Part shown: positions 31,061 to 40,451 of the stretch, in pieces | How the letters are laid out: each line of letters starts with the position of its first letter | Numbering within the stretch: position 1 is the first letter of the stretch | Assembly (NCBI GenBank): GCA_963783315.1 | Contig: CAWAMZ010000008.1 | Coordinates: 772,023 to 836,022, forward strand | DNA: 64,000 bases | Origin: an uncultured Bacteroidales bacterium | Lineage (GTDB): Bacteria; Bacteroidota; Bacteroidia; Bacteroidales; DASQZP01 | Direction: 5' to 3' | The notes under the pieces: model-generated | What the model was told of the DNA's origin: nothing | Database searches by the model: none | What the model saw: only the letters and a program-made list of their open reading frames with translations | Translations under genes and position numbers: made by a program

Positions 31061-32038
31061 TTATCGGGCAGCTGAATCATTTTTAAAACGGGTAGCGGTT
31101 GTCTTCCTGCAAATCAGGTAAGGTAATATTTTTGTAAATGTTACAGAATCAACCAGATTATTCTTTAATAATTGTCCCGGATCTTCAAATTTACCTGCAT
31201 ATTTAAGAAACTTCAATATACCTGCAAACTGATATTCTGAAATATAGGGATGTTTTCTCAGGTAAAACAAAGTAGAATCATTCAGGTTTATTTTTCTGAG
31301 GGAATCAGGATTTATTCGTAATCTGTTGATATTTTCAGTTACCGTTTCTTCAGGCAACCCATAAACTTCTGATAATTGATTAATAGAAACATAGCCACCC
31401 AGTAATTCCCTGTAGCTTATGATTCTTTTTGCATAAACCGACCCGATACCCGGCAGTTTTTCCAATTGATCTGCACTGGCCGAATTAAGTTCAATGAGTT
31501 TTTTCTCTATAACTTTTGATAAGGTTTTTTCATTATCAGCATTTCCGGCAATTTCTTCTTCTGAATCCACATCATTAACCTGAATAATAATATATGGTTC
31601 AAGCTGTACATATAATTCATCAGGAATAGAATATATATTTTTAAAATCCTCTTTGGTCATAAAACGTGCACCCGTTGCCAGGTAATTTTTTATATTTCTT
31701 ATCTGTCCGGTGTTCAAACCCAGCTCAAGCCACTTTTTATCATCAGTTTGGTTTGGATCAAAGGATGATAGCCGTTGAAAGGTTCCAGTATTATCATCAT
31801 TTTCTGAAGTCTGCTTATAAGATTTTACTACAGTACGATCAGCTTTTACCAATGATGATTCAAATGCTGATGCTTCAGCCATAAAATCTTCAACTGAAAT
31901 TTCGGGCTCGTATTTATCATTTCCGGATAAAAAACTGTTTATGACAAATCCTGCAACCAGCAATACAAACAACACTGCTATACCATTCTTTTCCCCCCTG
32001 GTAAAGGAGAAAAAATCTTTAAGTTTTTTCCCATTCAT
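31061..32038 (-). CDS. Helix-hairpin-helix (ComEA-like) DNA-binding domain protein with N-terminal membrane anchor
   Basis: 325 aa. One TM helix (GIAVLFVLLVAGFVINSF) and an HhH motif SADQLEKLPGIGSVYAKRIISYRELLGGY. Confidence 0.65.
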   Translation of the reverse strand: MNGKKLKDFFSFTRGEKNGIAVLFVLLVAGFVINSFLSGNDKYEPEISVEDFMAEASAFESSLVKADRTVVKSYKQTSENDDNTGTFQRLSSFDPNQTDDKKWLELGLNTGQIRNIKNYLATGARFMTKEDFKNIYSIPDELYVQLEPYIIIQVNDVDSEEEIAGNADNEKTLSKVIEKKLIELNSASADQLEKLPGIGSVYAKRIISYRELLGGYVSINQLSEVYGLPEETVTENINRLRINPDSLRKINLNDSTLFYLRKHPYISEYQFAGILKFLKYAGKFEDPGQLLKNNLVDSVTFTKILPYLICRKTTATRFKNDSAAR

Positions 32039-32126
32039 GAATTAAAATTACGCATTCCGTAAAAACAAAGAGATGTCAATCACCGAAAAAATCATGAACG
32101 GGTAGTTTAGTGCTGCTGTTCCCAAA

Positions 32127-32166
32127 TGAAAAAAGTCTTTGACAAGGATGCCAAAGACTTTTTTAC
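32127..32166 (-). terminator. Rho-independent terminator after fbaA (A/T-flanked, potentially bidirectional)
   Basis: aagtctttg-N10-caaagactt stem extended by A:T pairs, with T and A tracts on both sides. It lies about 30 nt after the fbaA stop. Confidence 0.7.
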
Positions 32167-32192
32167 AGAAAAATATATTTCCACCTAATCCA

Positions 32193-33269
32193 TTAGTTCC
32201 TGTTGAGACAATTCAGATCTTCAAAAGCTATTTTGAGTCTTTCAACCAATGATCTTTCACCTGCTCTTAACCAAACACGCGGGTCATATTTCTTTTTATT
32301 CGGTTTGTCTTCTCCCTCAGGATTGCCGATTTGGCTTTGTAAATAATCGAAGTTATCTGCAGTATACTTTCTGACGCCATCCCAGAAGGCCCATTGTGTA
32401 TCGGTATCGATATTCATTTTAACCACACCGTAACCAATTGCTTCACGAATTTCCTCTCGGGTTGATCCTGAACCGCCATGGAAAACAAAATTAACAGGTT
32501 TCGGACCAGTTTTCAGGTTTTCTTCAATATATTTCTGAGAATTATCGAGTATCTTGGGAGTAAGCTTAACATTACCAGGCTTGTAAACTCCATGCACATT
32601 ACCAAATGAGGCAGCAATGGTAAACCTGTTACTAATCTTACTTAATTCGGTATAGGCATAGGCCACGTCTTCTGGTTGTGTGTAAAGCAGAGAATTATCC
32701 AGGCTTGTATTATCAACTCCATCTTCTTCACCACCTGTGACACCAAGTTCAATTTCGAGTGTCATACCAATTTTGCTCATACGCTCAAGATATTTTTTGC
32801 AAATCTCTATATTTTCCTGAAGTGGTTCCTCTGATAAATCAAGCATGTGTGAACTAAAGAGAGGCTTGCCGTAACGATTGAAATGCTTTTCACCGGCATC
32901 AAGTAATCCGTCAATCCAGGGAAGTAATTTTTTAGCAGCATGGTCGGTATGAAGGATAACAGGAACACCATAATGTTCAGCAACATGATGTACATGCTTG
33001 GCACCTGACACAGCCCCGATAATTGCAGCCTGCTGCTTGTCATTGGGCAGGGATTTTCCGGCATAAAAAACTGAACCACCGTTGGAAAACTGAATCATTA
33101 CCGGTGAGTTAACTTCTTTGGCGGCTTCAAGAACTCCGTTCAATGAATTGGTACTAACCACATTTACAGCCGGAAGAGCAAATTTATTTTCCCTCGCAAT
33201 TTTAAATACTTCCTGCACATCATCACCGGTTATTACGCCCGGTTTAACTTTATCCAAAACTTTAGTCAT
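32193..33269 (-). CDS. fbaA: Class II fructose-bisphosphate aldolase
   Basis: 358 aa. Class II FBA pattern (VILHTDHAAK, FGNVHGVYKPGNV, VFHGGSGS). Confidence 0.93.
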   Translation of the reverse strand: MTKVLDKVKPGVITGDDVQEVFKIARENKFALPAVNVVSTNSLNGVLEAAKEVNSPVMIQFSNGGSVFYAGKSLPNDKQQAAIIGAVSGAKHVHHVAEHYGVPVILHTDHAAKKLLPWIDGLLDAGEKHFNRYGKPLFSSHMLDLSEEPLQENIEICKKYLERMSKIGMTLEIELGVTGGEEDGVDNTSLDNSLLYTQPEDVAYAYTELSKISNRFTIAASFGNVHGVYKPGNVKLTPKILDNSQKYIEENLKTGPKPVNFVFHGGSGSTREEIREAIGYGVVKMNIDTDTQWAFWDGVRKYTADNFDYLQSQIGNPEGEDKPNKKKYDPRVWLRAGERSLVERLKIAFEDLNCLNRN

Positions 33270-33470
33270 CTTTTTAATTGTTTTTGTTATACACTACTAT
33301 TTTTTTGAATGAACGAAAACACAAATTTAATAAATATAACCATACAACCCAGTTAAGCTGATATGATGTATTCACAATAAGTGAAATTTATATCATTCTC
33401 CAGTTCATTGCATATCCGGGTAATAAGTAAAATAATCATAAAATACTTTGTGCCGGATTATCTTTGTTTG

Positions 33471-34724
33471 TCAGATCAGGTACTGAAACAGGGTCGGCTT
33501 TTCGTTCAGATATTCATACTGAAATTTACGCTCTTTCATTCTACGCAACAACGGAATAAAATCTTCTTTGCGCTGCAGTTCAATTCCAATTACAGCAGGT
33601 CCCCGTTCACGACTGTTTTTCTTTGAATATTCAAAATGTGTAATATCGTCAGTGGGTCCCAGTACATTTACAAGAAATTCTCTCAGCGCTCCTGCCCGTT
33701 GGGGAAAACGAACAATGAAGTAATGTTTCAGTCCCTCAAAAAGCAATGATCTTTCCTTGATCTCTTCAGTACGGGTAATATCATTATTACTTCCACTAAG
33801 CACACAAACCACATTTTTACCTTTTATTTCATCCCTGAACTCGTCCAGGGCAGTAATTGATAGGGCGCCGGCAGGTTCAACAACAATAGCATCCTGATTA
33901 TATAATTGAAGGATAGTTGTACAAACTTTACCTTCCGGAACTGTTATCACCTTATCAACTACTTTCTTACATATCTCAAAAGTGAGTTCGCCTACCCGTT
34001 GAACGGCTGCTCCGTCAACAAATTTGTCAATTTCTCCGAGGGTAACGATTTCATTTTTTTCAAGGGATTTTTGCATGGCCGGAGCTCCCTGAGGCTCAAC
34101 GCCGATTATTTTAGTATCAGGACTCAATTGCCTGAATATACTGCCCATTCCGGCAGCCAGCCCGCCACCACCGACAGGGATGAAGAGATAATCAATGGTT
34201 TTTTTTGTATCCTGAAGGATTTCCAGTGCAATTGTGGCCTGTCCTTCAATCACTTTCGGATCATTGAAAGGATGAATAAACTGACTGTGGTTCTTATCAC
34301 AGTATGCCACAGCTTCGTTATATGCATCATCAAAAGTATCTCCGACCAGCACTACATCAATAAATTCTTTTCCAAACATCTTAACCTGTTTGATCTTTTG
34401 ACTTGGTGTAGGATTGGGCATAAAGATCACACCTTTAATTCCCAGTTTGCTGCATGAATAGGCAACTCCCTGAGCGTGATTGCCGGCGCTGGCACAAACC
34501 ACTCCGTTTTTCAGGGTTTCTTTTGACAAACTACTTATTTTATTGAAAGCCCCCCGGATCTTATATGAACGAACTATCTGGAGATCTTCCCGTTTAAGCA
34601 GAATATCGGCATGATACTGTTCGGAAAGATTCAGATTTCTCAGCAGAGGAGTATGGGAAGCCACACCGCGCAGGCTGACACTGGCTTTTTGTATGTCTTT
34701 AATATCGGGATAATAGTTTTTCAC
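33471..34724 (-). CDS. ilvA: Threonine ammonia-lyase (threonine dehydratase), biosynthetic type with C-terminal ACT-like domain
   Basis: 417 aa. PLP-Lys context SYKIRGAFNK and glycine loop GGGGLAAG. The start codon is GTG at 34724 and there is no nearby ATG. Confidence 0.9.
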   Translation of the reverse strand: MKNYYPDIKDIQKASVSLRGVASHTPLLRNLNLSEQYHADILLKREDLQIVRSYKIRGAFNKISSLSKETLKNGVVCASAGNHAQGVAYSCSKLGIKGVIFMPNPTPSQKIKQVKMFGKEFIDVVLVGDTFDDAYNEAVAYCDKNHSQFIHPFNDPKVIEGQATIALEILQDTKKTIDYLFIPVGGGGLAAGMGSIFRQLSPDTKIIGVEPQGAPAMQKSLEKNEIVTLGEIDKFVDGAAVQRVGELTFEICKKVVDKVITVPEGKVCTTILQLYNQDAIVVEPAGALSITALDEFRDEIKGKNVVCVLSGSNNDITRTEEIKERSLLFEGLKHYFIVRFPQRAGALREFLVNVLGPTDDITHFEYSKKNSRERGPAVIGIELQRKEDFIPLLRRMKERKFQYEYLNEKPTLFQYLI

Positions 34725-34741
34725 ATGAACTGTTTTACAAA

Positions 34742-34778
34742 TAAAAAAATCACTTCCCGGAAAGAAGGGGAAGTGATT
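34742..34778 (-). terminator. Strong intrinsic terminator between ilvC and ilvA
   Basis: Minus strand: ATCACTTCCC-N9-GGGAAGTGAT (10-bp perfect stem) followed by T7. It begins 20 nt after the ilvC stop and ends about 18 nt before the ilvA GTG. Confidence 0.7.
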
Positions 34779-34796
34779 ATATATTATTGAGAAAGA

Positions 34797-35843
34797 TTAT
34801 TTTTTCTCGGGTCTCAGGCTTCTGACCTGGGAGCCAGCCTGCCACATTTCCGATTCCCGGAGTTCCTTCAATTCCACCTCAAGTTTTTCACGGTAATCCG
34901 GCTGACTGTTTGTATCAATTGAACGCTGAGCTTCATTACCAGAAGCAACCTCTTTATATAAGTGATCAAAGACGGGTAAGACAGCATCCCTGAATTTATC
35001 TTTCCAATCGAGGGCTCCCCTTTGTGCCGTAGTAGAACAGTTGGCATACATCCAGTCCATTCCATTTTCAGCTACGAGTGGCATCAGGCTCTGGGTAAGC
35101 TCTTCCACTGTTTCATTAAAGGCTTCACTGGGAGAATGACCATTTTTACGCAGTGTAGTATACTGCGCTTCGAATATTCCCTGGATGGCGCCCATTAGTG
35201 TACCTCTTTCTCCCGTCAGGTCACTGTAAACTTCTTTCTGGAAAGTAGTTTCAAAAAGATAACCTGACCCAACTGTAATTCCAAGAGCAACAACCTTGTT
35301 CCAGGCATTACCTGTAGCATCCTGGAAGATTGCATAACTGGAATTAAGCCCTTTGCCCTCAAGGAACATCCTGCGTAAACTTGTGCCTGATCCTTTTGGG
35401 GCAATAAGAATGACATCAACATCTTTTGGGGGTACAATACCGGTGCGTTCTTTATAAGTAACCGCAAATCCATGTGAAAAATACAAAGCCTTACCAGGAG
35501 TAAGATATTTCTTAACCATAGGCCATTGTGCGATTTGGGCCGCATCTGATAACAAGTAACAAATAATGGTACCCTTTTCCAGTGCTTCCTCAATTTCAAA
35601 AAGTGTTTTTCCGGGTACCCATCCATCAGCAACCGCCTTATCCCAGGACTTTGACGGTTTACGCTGGCCTACAATTACATTAACACCATTCTCTTTCAGG
35701 TTTAATGACTGGCCAGGACCCTGTACACCATAACCTATAACGGCAACAGTTTCATCTTTCAATACATCCTGAGCTTTGGACAAAGGAAATTCGTCGCGTG
35801 TTACAACATTTTCTTCTACGCCACCAAAATTAAGTTTAGCCAT
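34797..35843 (-). CDS. ilvC: Ketol-acid reductoisomerase (class I)
   Basis: 348 aa. Contains VIGYGVQGPGQSLNL and typical KARI motifs. Confidence 0.95.
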   Translation of the reverse strand: MAKLNFGGVEENVVTRDEFPLSKAQDVLKDETVAVIGYGVQGPGQSLNLKENGVNVIVGQRKPSKSWDKAVADGWVPGKTLFEIEEALEKGTIICYLLSDAAQIAQWPMVKKYLTPGKALYFSHGFAVTYKERTGIVPPKDVDVILIAPKGSGTSLRRMFLEGKGLNSSYAIFQDATGNAWNKVVALGITVGSGYLFETTFQKEVYSDLTGERGTLMGAIQGIFEAQYTTLRKNGHSPSEAFNETVEELTQSLMPLVAENGMDWMYANCSTTAQRGALDWKDKFRDAVLPVFDHLYKEVASGNEAQRSIDTNSQPDYREKLEVELKELRESEMWQAGSQVRSLRPEKK

Positions 35844-35876
35844 AATAATTGATTTATTTTTTAATGATTTATAAAG

Positions 35877-36413
35877 TTACTGAATTTTACTTGCCTCATC
35901 AAGTTCTTTCAGATAAGAGGTCAGCTTTTTCATGGGTTTAGTCATTGCCACTCTGCCGGAACGGACAAACTGCAGCACACCAAAAGGCTCCAGCAGGTTG
36001 AATAATTCCTGTGTTTCTTCTTTATGACCGGCTTTTTCAATAACAATATATTCCGGTTCAACAGTCAAAATATGCGCATTGTAGTTTCTGATAAGCATTT
36101 CAACATTTGTTCCGTTGGCAAAAGCTTGTGTTGGAACCTTGTACAATGCAATTTCCTGGTGGACAATCTCATGCTCCTCGTGTGCAAATGCCTTCAGTAC
36201 ACCGATTTGTTTTTCAATTTGCTTAACCACTTTTTCAGATTGTTCAGGGGTCACCCTTATTACAATTGTATATCTGTAAACACCCCTCACTTCTGATTCA
36301 GAGGCATTAATACTGTCAATATTAATTTTTCTGCGCGTGAAAATACTGGTGATGCGGTGCAGCAAACCAATTTTATTTTCGGTGTAAACGGATATTGTGT
36401 ATTCTCTTTCCAT
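35877..36413 (-). CDS. ilvN: Acetolactate synthase small (regulatory) subunit
   Basis: 178 aa. ACT domain ISVYTENKIGLLHRITSIFTRRKINIDS. Positioned after ilvB. Confidence 0.9.
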   Translation of the reverse strand: MEREYTISVYTENKIGLLHRITSIFTRRKINIDSINASESEVRGVYRYTIVIRVTPEQSEKVVKQIEKQIGVLKAFAHEEHEIVHQEIALYKVPTQAFANGTNVEMLIRNYNAHILTVEPEYIVIEKAGHKEETQELFNLLEPFGVLQFVRSGRVAMTKPMKKLTSYLKELDEASKIQ

Positions 36414-36462
36414 AACTTTTGTCTATTATCTACTTTTAACTTTTGGTGAACAAACTCTCTGG

Positions 36463-38217
36463 TTACTCAAGTCTCATCTCAGAGACTGTTCCGCCGGAAG
36501 GAACCATCGGAAAAACATTTTCTTCTTTTTCCACCACTACTTCAAGCAGATAGGGACCTTTATGGTTCAACATTTCCGAAATCGCATCATCAAGGTTATC
36601 CCGATTTGATACTTTTTTGCCTTCAATTCCATATCCTTTGGCAATAGCTATAAAATCAGGATTTGTCAGTTCAACCATTGAATACCTTTTTTCGAAAAAG
36701 AGGTCCTGCCATTGCCTAACCATACCGAGAAATCCATTATTCAGCAGGACAATTTTAACAGCAGCATTAGTTTGTTTGATCGTTCCCAGCTCCTGAATAG
36801 TCATCTGAAAACCGCCATCTCCAATGAATGCAACAACTTCTCTCTCATCACCAACAGCAAGCTTTACACCAAGCGATGCAGGCAGGCCGAAGCCCATTGT
36901 ACCGAGGCCGCCTGAAGTGATCAGGCTGTAAGGTTTGTTAAAATGATAATACCTTGCTGCACTCATCTGGTGCTGTCCGACATCGGTAACTACAACAGCT
37001 TCACCGTTAGTACGGAGCGAAATTTTATTGATCACCTCACCCATTTTCGGAAGTTCACTGGAAGAATACAGATCATTCTGAATAACCTTTTCGTATTCAA
37101 GCTTTTTGTATTCTTCAAACTTTTTTATCCACTCAGGATATGTTTTTTCCCTCACTTCATGGGTTAGGTCAATTAGGGCTTGCCTGGCATCTGAATTAAT
37201 TGCCACATGGGATTTAACATTTTTATTGATCTCAGCAGGATCAATTTCAATATGTATCACTTTAGCCTGTTTGGCATAGGTCTCCAGGTTACCGGTTACC
37301 CGGTCATCAAAACGCATCCCAATGGCAATCAGCACATCGCATTCATTGGTGGCCTTATTTGGTCCATAGTTGCCATGCATTCCCAACATCCCCATGAACA
37401 AATCATGGTTGGAAGGAAAAGCAGATAGACCAAGCAAAGTAGAGGCCACCGGGATACCGGATTTCTCAATAAAGGAAAGAAATTCTTCCTGGGCACCTGA
37501 GAGAAGCACACCCTGCCCCACAAGGACAAGAGGCTTTTTAGCATCATTAATAAGCCGTGCAGCCTCTTCTACATCCTTTGAGTTGAGCTTTGGATAGGGA
37601 ATATAGCTTCTTACCCGTGTGACCTTTTCGTATTTATAATCAAAATTTGCAAATTGAGCATCTTTGGTTATATCAATCAGGACAGGACCGGGTCTGCCTG
37701 TATTGGCAAAGAAAAATGCCTTGGCCAGGGCCTCTGGTATTTCTTCCGGGCGTGTTACCTGGAAATTCCATTTGGTAACCGGCATAGAGATACTGATCAC
37801 ATCCGTTTCCTGAAAAGCATCTGTACCCAGAAACGGGCCGGCAACCTGTCCGGTAATGCACACCAGTGGCGTTGAATCGAGCATTGCATCAGCCAGTCCT
37901 GTAATCAGATTGGTTGCTCCGGGACCTGATGTTGCAAAGCAAACACCTGTTTTTTTGGTAATACGGGCAAATCCCTGAGCTGCATGGACAGCGCCCTGCT
38001 CATGTCTTACCATTATATGGTTCAATTTGTCCTGATGGTTATAAAGCGCATCATAGACCGGCATAATGGCTCCGCCTACATATCCGAAAACCGTATCTGT
38101 TTCTTCCTCAATAAGAGAAAGAATTACTGCTTCTGCACCTGAGATATTGACCGTTTGTGTCAATTCCTGCTTTCCGTTGGTCTGCATGGAAGCCTGAGTT
38201 TGGGTCTGTGTTTCCAT
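36463..38217 (-). CDS. ilvB: Acetolactate synthase large (catalytic) subunit
   Basis: 584 aa. ThDP motif IGDGGFQM...NNGFLGMV. Confidence 0.95.
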   Translation of the reverse strand: METQTQTQASMQTNGKQELTQTVNISGAEAVILSLIEEETDTVFGYVGGAIMPVYDALYNHQDKLNHIMVRHEQGAVHAAQGFARITKKTGVCFATSGPGATNLITGLADAMLDSTPLVCITGQVAGPFLGTDAFQETDVISISMPVTKWNFQVTRPEEIPEALAKAFFFANTGRPGPVLIDITKDAQFANFDYKYEKVTRVRSYIPYPKLNSKDVEEAARLINDAKKPLVLVGQGVLLSGAQEEFLSFIEKSGIPVASTLLGLSAFPSNHDLFMGMLGMHGNYGPNKATNECDVLIAIGMRFDDRVTGNLETYAKQAKVIHIEIDPAEINKNVKSHVAINSDARQALIDLTHEVREKTYPEWIKKFEEYKKLEYEKVIQNDLYSSSELPKMGEVINKISLRTNGEAVVVTDVGQHQMSAARYYHFNKPYSLITSGGLGTMGFGLPASLGVKLAVGDEREVVAFIGDGGFQMTIQELGTIKQTNAAVKIVLLNNGFLGMVRQWQDLFFEKRYSMVELTNPDFIAIAKGYGIEGKKVSNRDNLDDAISEMLNHKGPYLLEVVVEKEENVFPMVPSGGTVSEMRLE

Positions 38218-38261
38218 ATTTTCTTTGTTTTTATGGTTAGCACTTATTTATAATTTTTCTG

Positions 38262-40085
38262 TTAAACAATTCTGATCCCCCCCTGGTCGGCTGAAGTAAC
38301 CAGTTTGGCATAAGCCCTCAGGGCGGTTGAAACCCGGCGTTGTCTTTCTGAAGGTTTAAATGCTTCAGCACCGCGTTCTTCTTCTTTTTTTCTGCGCCTG
38401 TTGATTTCTTCATCAGGAATCATAAGATTAATAGTTCTTTCCGGTATATTAATTTCAACCGGATCGCCATCCCTGATGAGGGCAATTTCACCTCCTGCAG
38501 CTGCTTCGGGAGAGATGTGTCCTATTGATAATCCTGACGTACCTCCTGAAAAGCGACCATCGGTGAGTAAAGCACAGGCTTTGCCCAGTTTTTTTGATTT
38601 AATATAGGAAGTAGGATACAGCATTTCCTGCATTCCCGGACCTCCTTTGGGTCCTTCATAACGAATTACAACCACATCTCCGGCCTGAACCCTGTCTCCC
38701 AGGATACCTTCACAAGCGTCATCCTGAGAATCAAAGACCACTGCTTTGCCTGTAAATGTAAGGATCGATTCATCCACTCCGGCCGTTTTAACGATACATC
38801 CGTTTCTGGCAATATTACCTTTTAACACAGCCAGTCCGCCATCGGCACTGTAGGCATGTCCGATGTCCCGGATACATCCTTTTGTCCGGTCGGTGTCAAG
38901 GGCATCATATTCATATTTCTGTGACCCCATTTTAAGGTTTCTGTATCCACCCGGTGCACTTTTAAAAAGTTTTACAGCTTCCGGAGCATCACCATTACCG
39001 GTAATATGGTACTTTTCGATTGCCTCTTTCAATGTCAGTCTGTCTACCCGGCTTACCGAAGTATCAAGTAATCCACCTTTGTCAAGTTCTCCCAGTATAG
39101 AGAGGATCCCTCCTGCCCTGTTCACATCCTGGATGTGATAATTTGAATTGGGTGAAACCTTACAAAGAACGGGTGTATTGCGGGATAACTCATCAATATC
39201 ATCCATGTTAAACTGAACGCCTGCCTCATGAGCCACAGCCAGCAAATGGAGGACAGTGTTGGTTGATCCCCCCATTGCAATATCAAGCCTCATGGCATTC
39301 ATGAAAGCGGCTCTGGAAGCAACAGTTCTGGGAAGAACGCTTTCGTCACCTTCCTGGTAATATTTTTTGGTATTGGTAACAATTGTTTCAGCTGCTTGTT
39401 CAAACAATCTGATACGATTGGCATGGGTAGCAACAATAGTTCCGTTTCCCGGGAGTGCCATGCCAATGGCCTCATTCAGGCAGTTCATTGAATTTGCAGT
39501 GAACATACCGGAGCAGGATCCGCATGTTGGACAGGCGTTTTTTTCAACCTGACCAAGCAAGTTATCATCTACTTCAGGGTCGGCAGCCATTACCATGGCA
39601 TCCACAAGGTCATAACTATTATTGCCAACAACGCCTGCTTCCATCGGGCCTCCTGAAACAAAAACGGCGGGTATGTTTAAACGCATAGCCGCCATTAACA
39701 TTCCCGGAGTAATCTTATCACAATTGGAGATGCAAATCATTCCGTCAACCTGATGAGCATTGCACATATATTCAACGCTGTCAGCAATCAGATCCCGCGA
39801 AGGAAGAGAATAAAGCATGCCATCATGCCCCATGGCTATCCCGTCATCTACTGCGATGGTATTAAACTCTGCAGCAAAACACCCCTGCTGTTCTATCAGA
39901 TTTTTTACCCGCTGACCAATGTCATGAAGATGTACGTGGCCGGGTACAAATTGAGTAAATGAATTGACAACAGCAATTACCGGTTGACCAAACTGCTCTT
40001 CCTTCATGCCATTAGCACGCCAAAGGCTGCGCGCCCCTGCCATTCTTCTTCCTTTTGTTGTGGTTGCACTTCTCAATTGTGACAT
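38262..40085 (-). CDS. ilvD: Dihydroxy-acid dehydratase
   Basis: 607 aa. Contains [12 protein letters not shown] and [11 protein letters not shown]. Confidence 0.96.
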   Translation of the reverse strand: MSQLRSATTTKGRRMAGARSLWRANGMKEEQFGQPVIAVVNSFTQFVPGHVHLHDIGQRVKNLIEQQGCFAAEFNTIAVDDGIAMGHDGMLYSLPSRDLIADSVEYMCNAHQVDGMICISNCDKITPGMLMAAMRLNIPAVFVSGGPMEAGVVGNNSYDLVDAMVMAADPEVDDNLLGQVEKNACPTCGSCSGMFTANSMNCLNEAIGMALPGNGTIVATHANRIRLFEQAAETIVTNTKKYYQEGDESVLPRTVASRAAFMNAMRLDIAMGGSTNTVLHLLAVAHEAGVQFNMDDIDELSRNTPVLCKVSPNSNYHIQDVNRAGGILSILGELDKGGLLDTSVSRVDRLTLKEAIEKYHITGNGDAPEAVKLFKSAPGGYRNLKMGSQKYEYDALDTDRTKGCIRDIGHAYSADGGLAVLKGNIARNGCIVKTAGVDESILTFTGKAVVFDSQDDACEGILGDRVQAGDVVVIRYEGPKGGPGMQEMLYPTSYIKSKKLGKACALLTDGRFSGGTSGLSIGHISPEAAAGGEIALIRDGDPVEINIPERTINLMIPDEEINRRRKKEEERGAEAFKPSERQRRVSTALRAYAKLVTSADQGGIRIV

Positions 40086-40111
40086 TTTATATATTTTTAA
40101 AAAACCCTTAA

Positions 40112-40150
40112 TTAAAAAAGCCTTTCCCGGATTTAGTGAGAAAGGCTTTT
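40112..40150 (-). terminator. Intrinsic terminator in the ilvD leader (candidate attenuator)
   Basis: Minus strand: AAAAGCCTTTC-TCACTAAATCCGG-GAAAGGCTTTT (11-bp perfect stem) running into T6. It ends about 28 nt before the ilvD ATG. Confidence 0.7.
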
Positions 40151-40173
40151 CAAAAATTATATATACAGCACTC

Positions 40174-40242
40174 TCACCTCATCTTTGTTGACAAGACCAC
40201 AAGAATAATAAGATGGACGAGAAAGCTCTTTGCCAGAAACAT
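40174..40242 (-). CDS. Putative ilv leader peptide (22 aa, [22 protein letters not shown])
   Basis: Hand-found sORF below the track cutoff. 10 of 22 codons are Leu/Ile/Val, including 7 consecutive. An in-frame stop lies 24 nt upstream of the ATG, and the terminator hairpin starts 23 nt downstream. Confidence 0.5.
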   Translation of the reverse strand: MFLAKSFLVHLIILVVLSTKMR

Positions 40243-40344
40243 AGCTTTAAAAAATTTATCATTTTATATTTAAAAACATAATCAGACCAACTTCCTTATT
40301 ATTAATAATTTATCAAGTCAGACTAATAATATGTTTTACAACAG

Positions 40345-40375
40345 CAAATATAGAGATTAATCTTTTAAAACAAAA
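40345..40375 (-). promoter_or_regulatory. Bacteroidota-type promoter candidate for the ilv leader/operon
   Basis: Minus strand: TTTTG (-33), 18 nt, TATATTTG (-7, plus 40345-40352), about 100 nt upstream of the leader ATG. Confidence 0.4.
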
Positions 40376-40451
40376 CGTTTTTGGAAATAAAAAAACATTT
40401 TTTTTAAGATTTATATATCTTTTATTTTTAATATTAATATAACTACTTATA

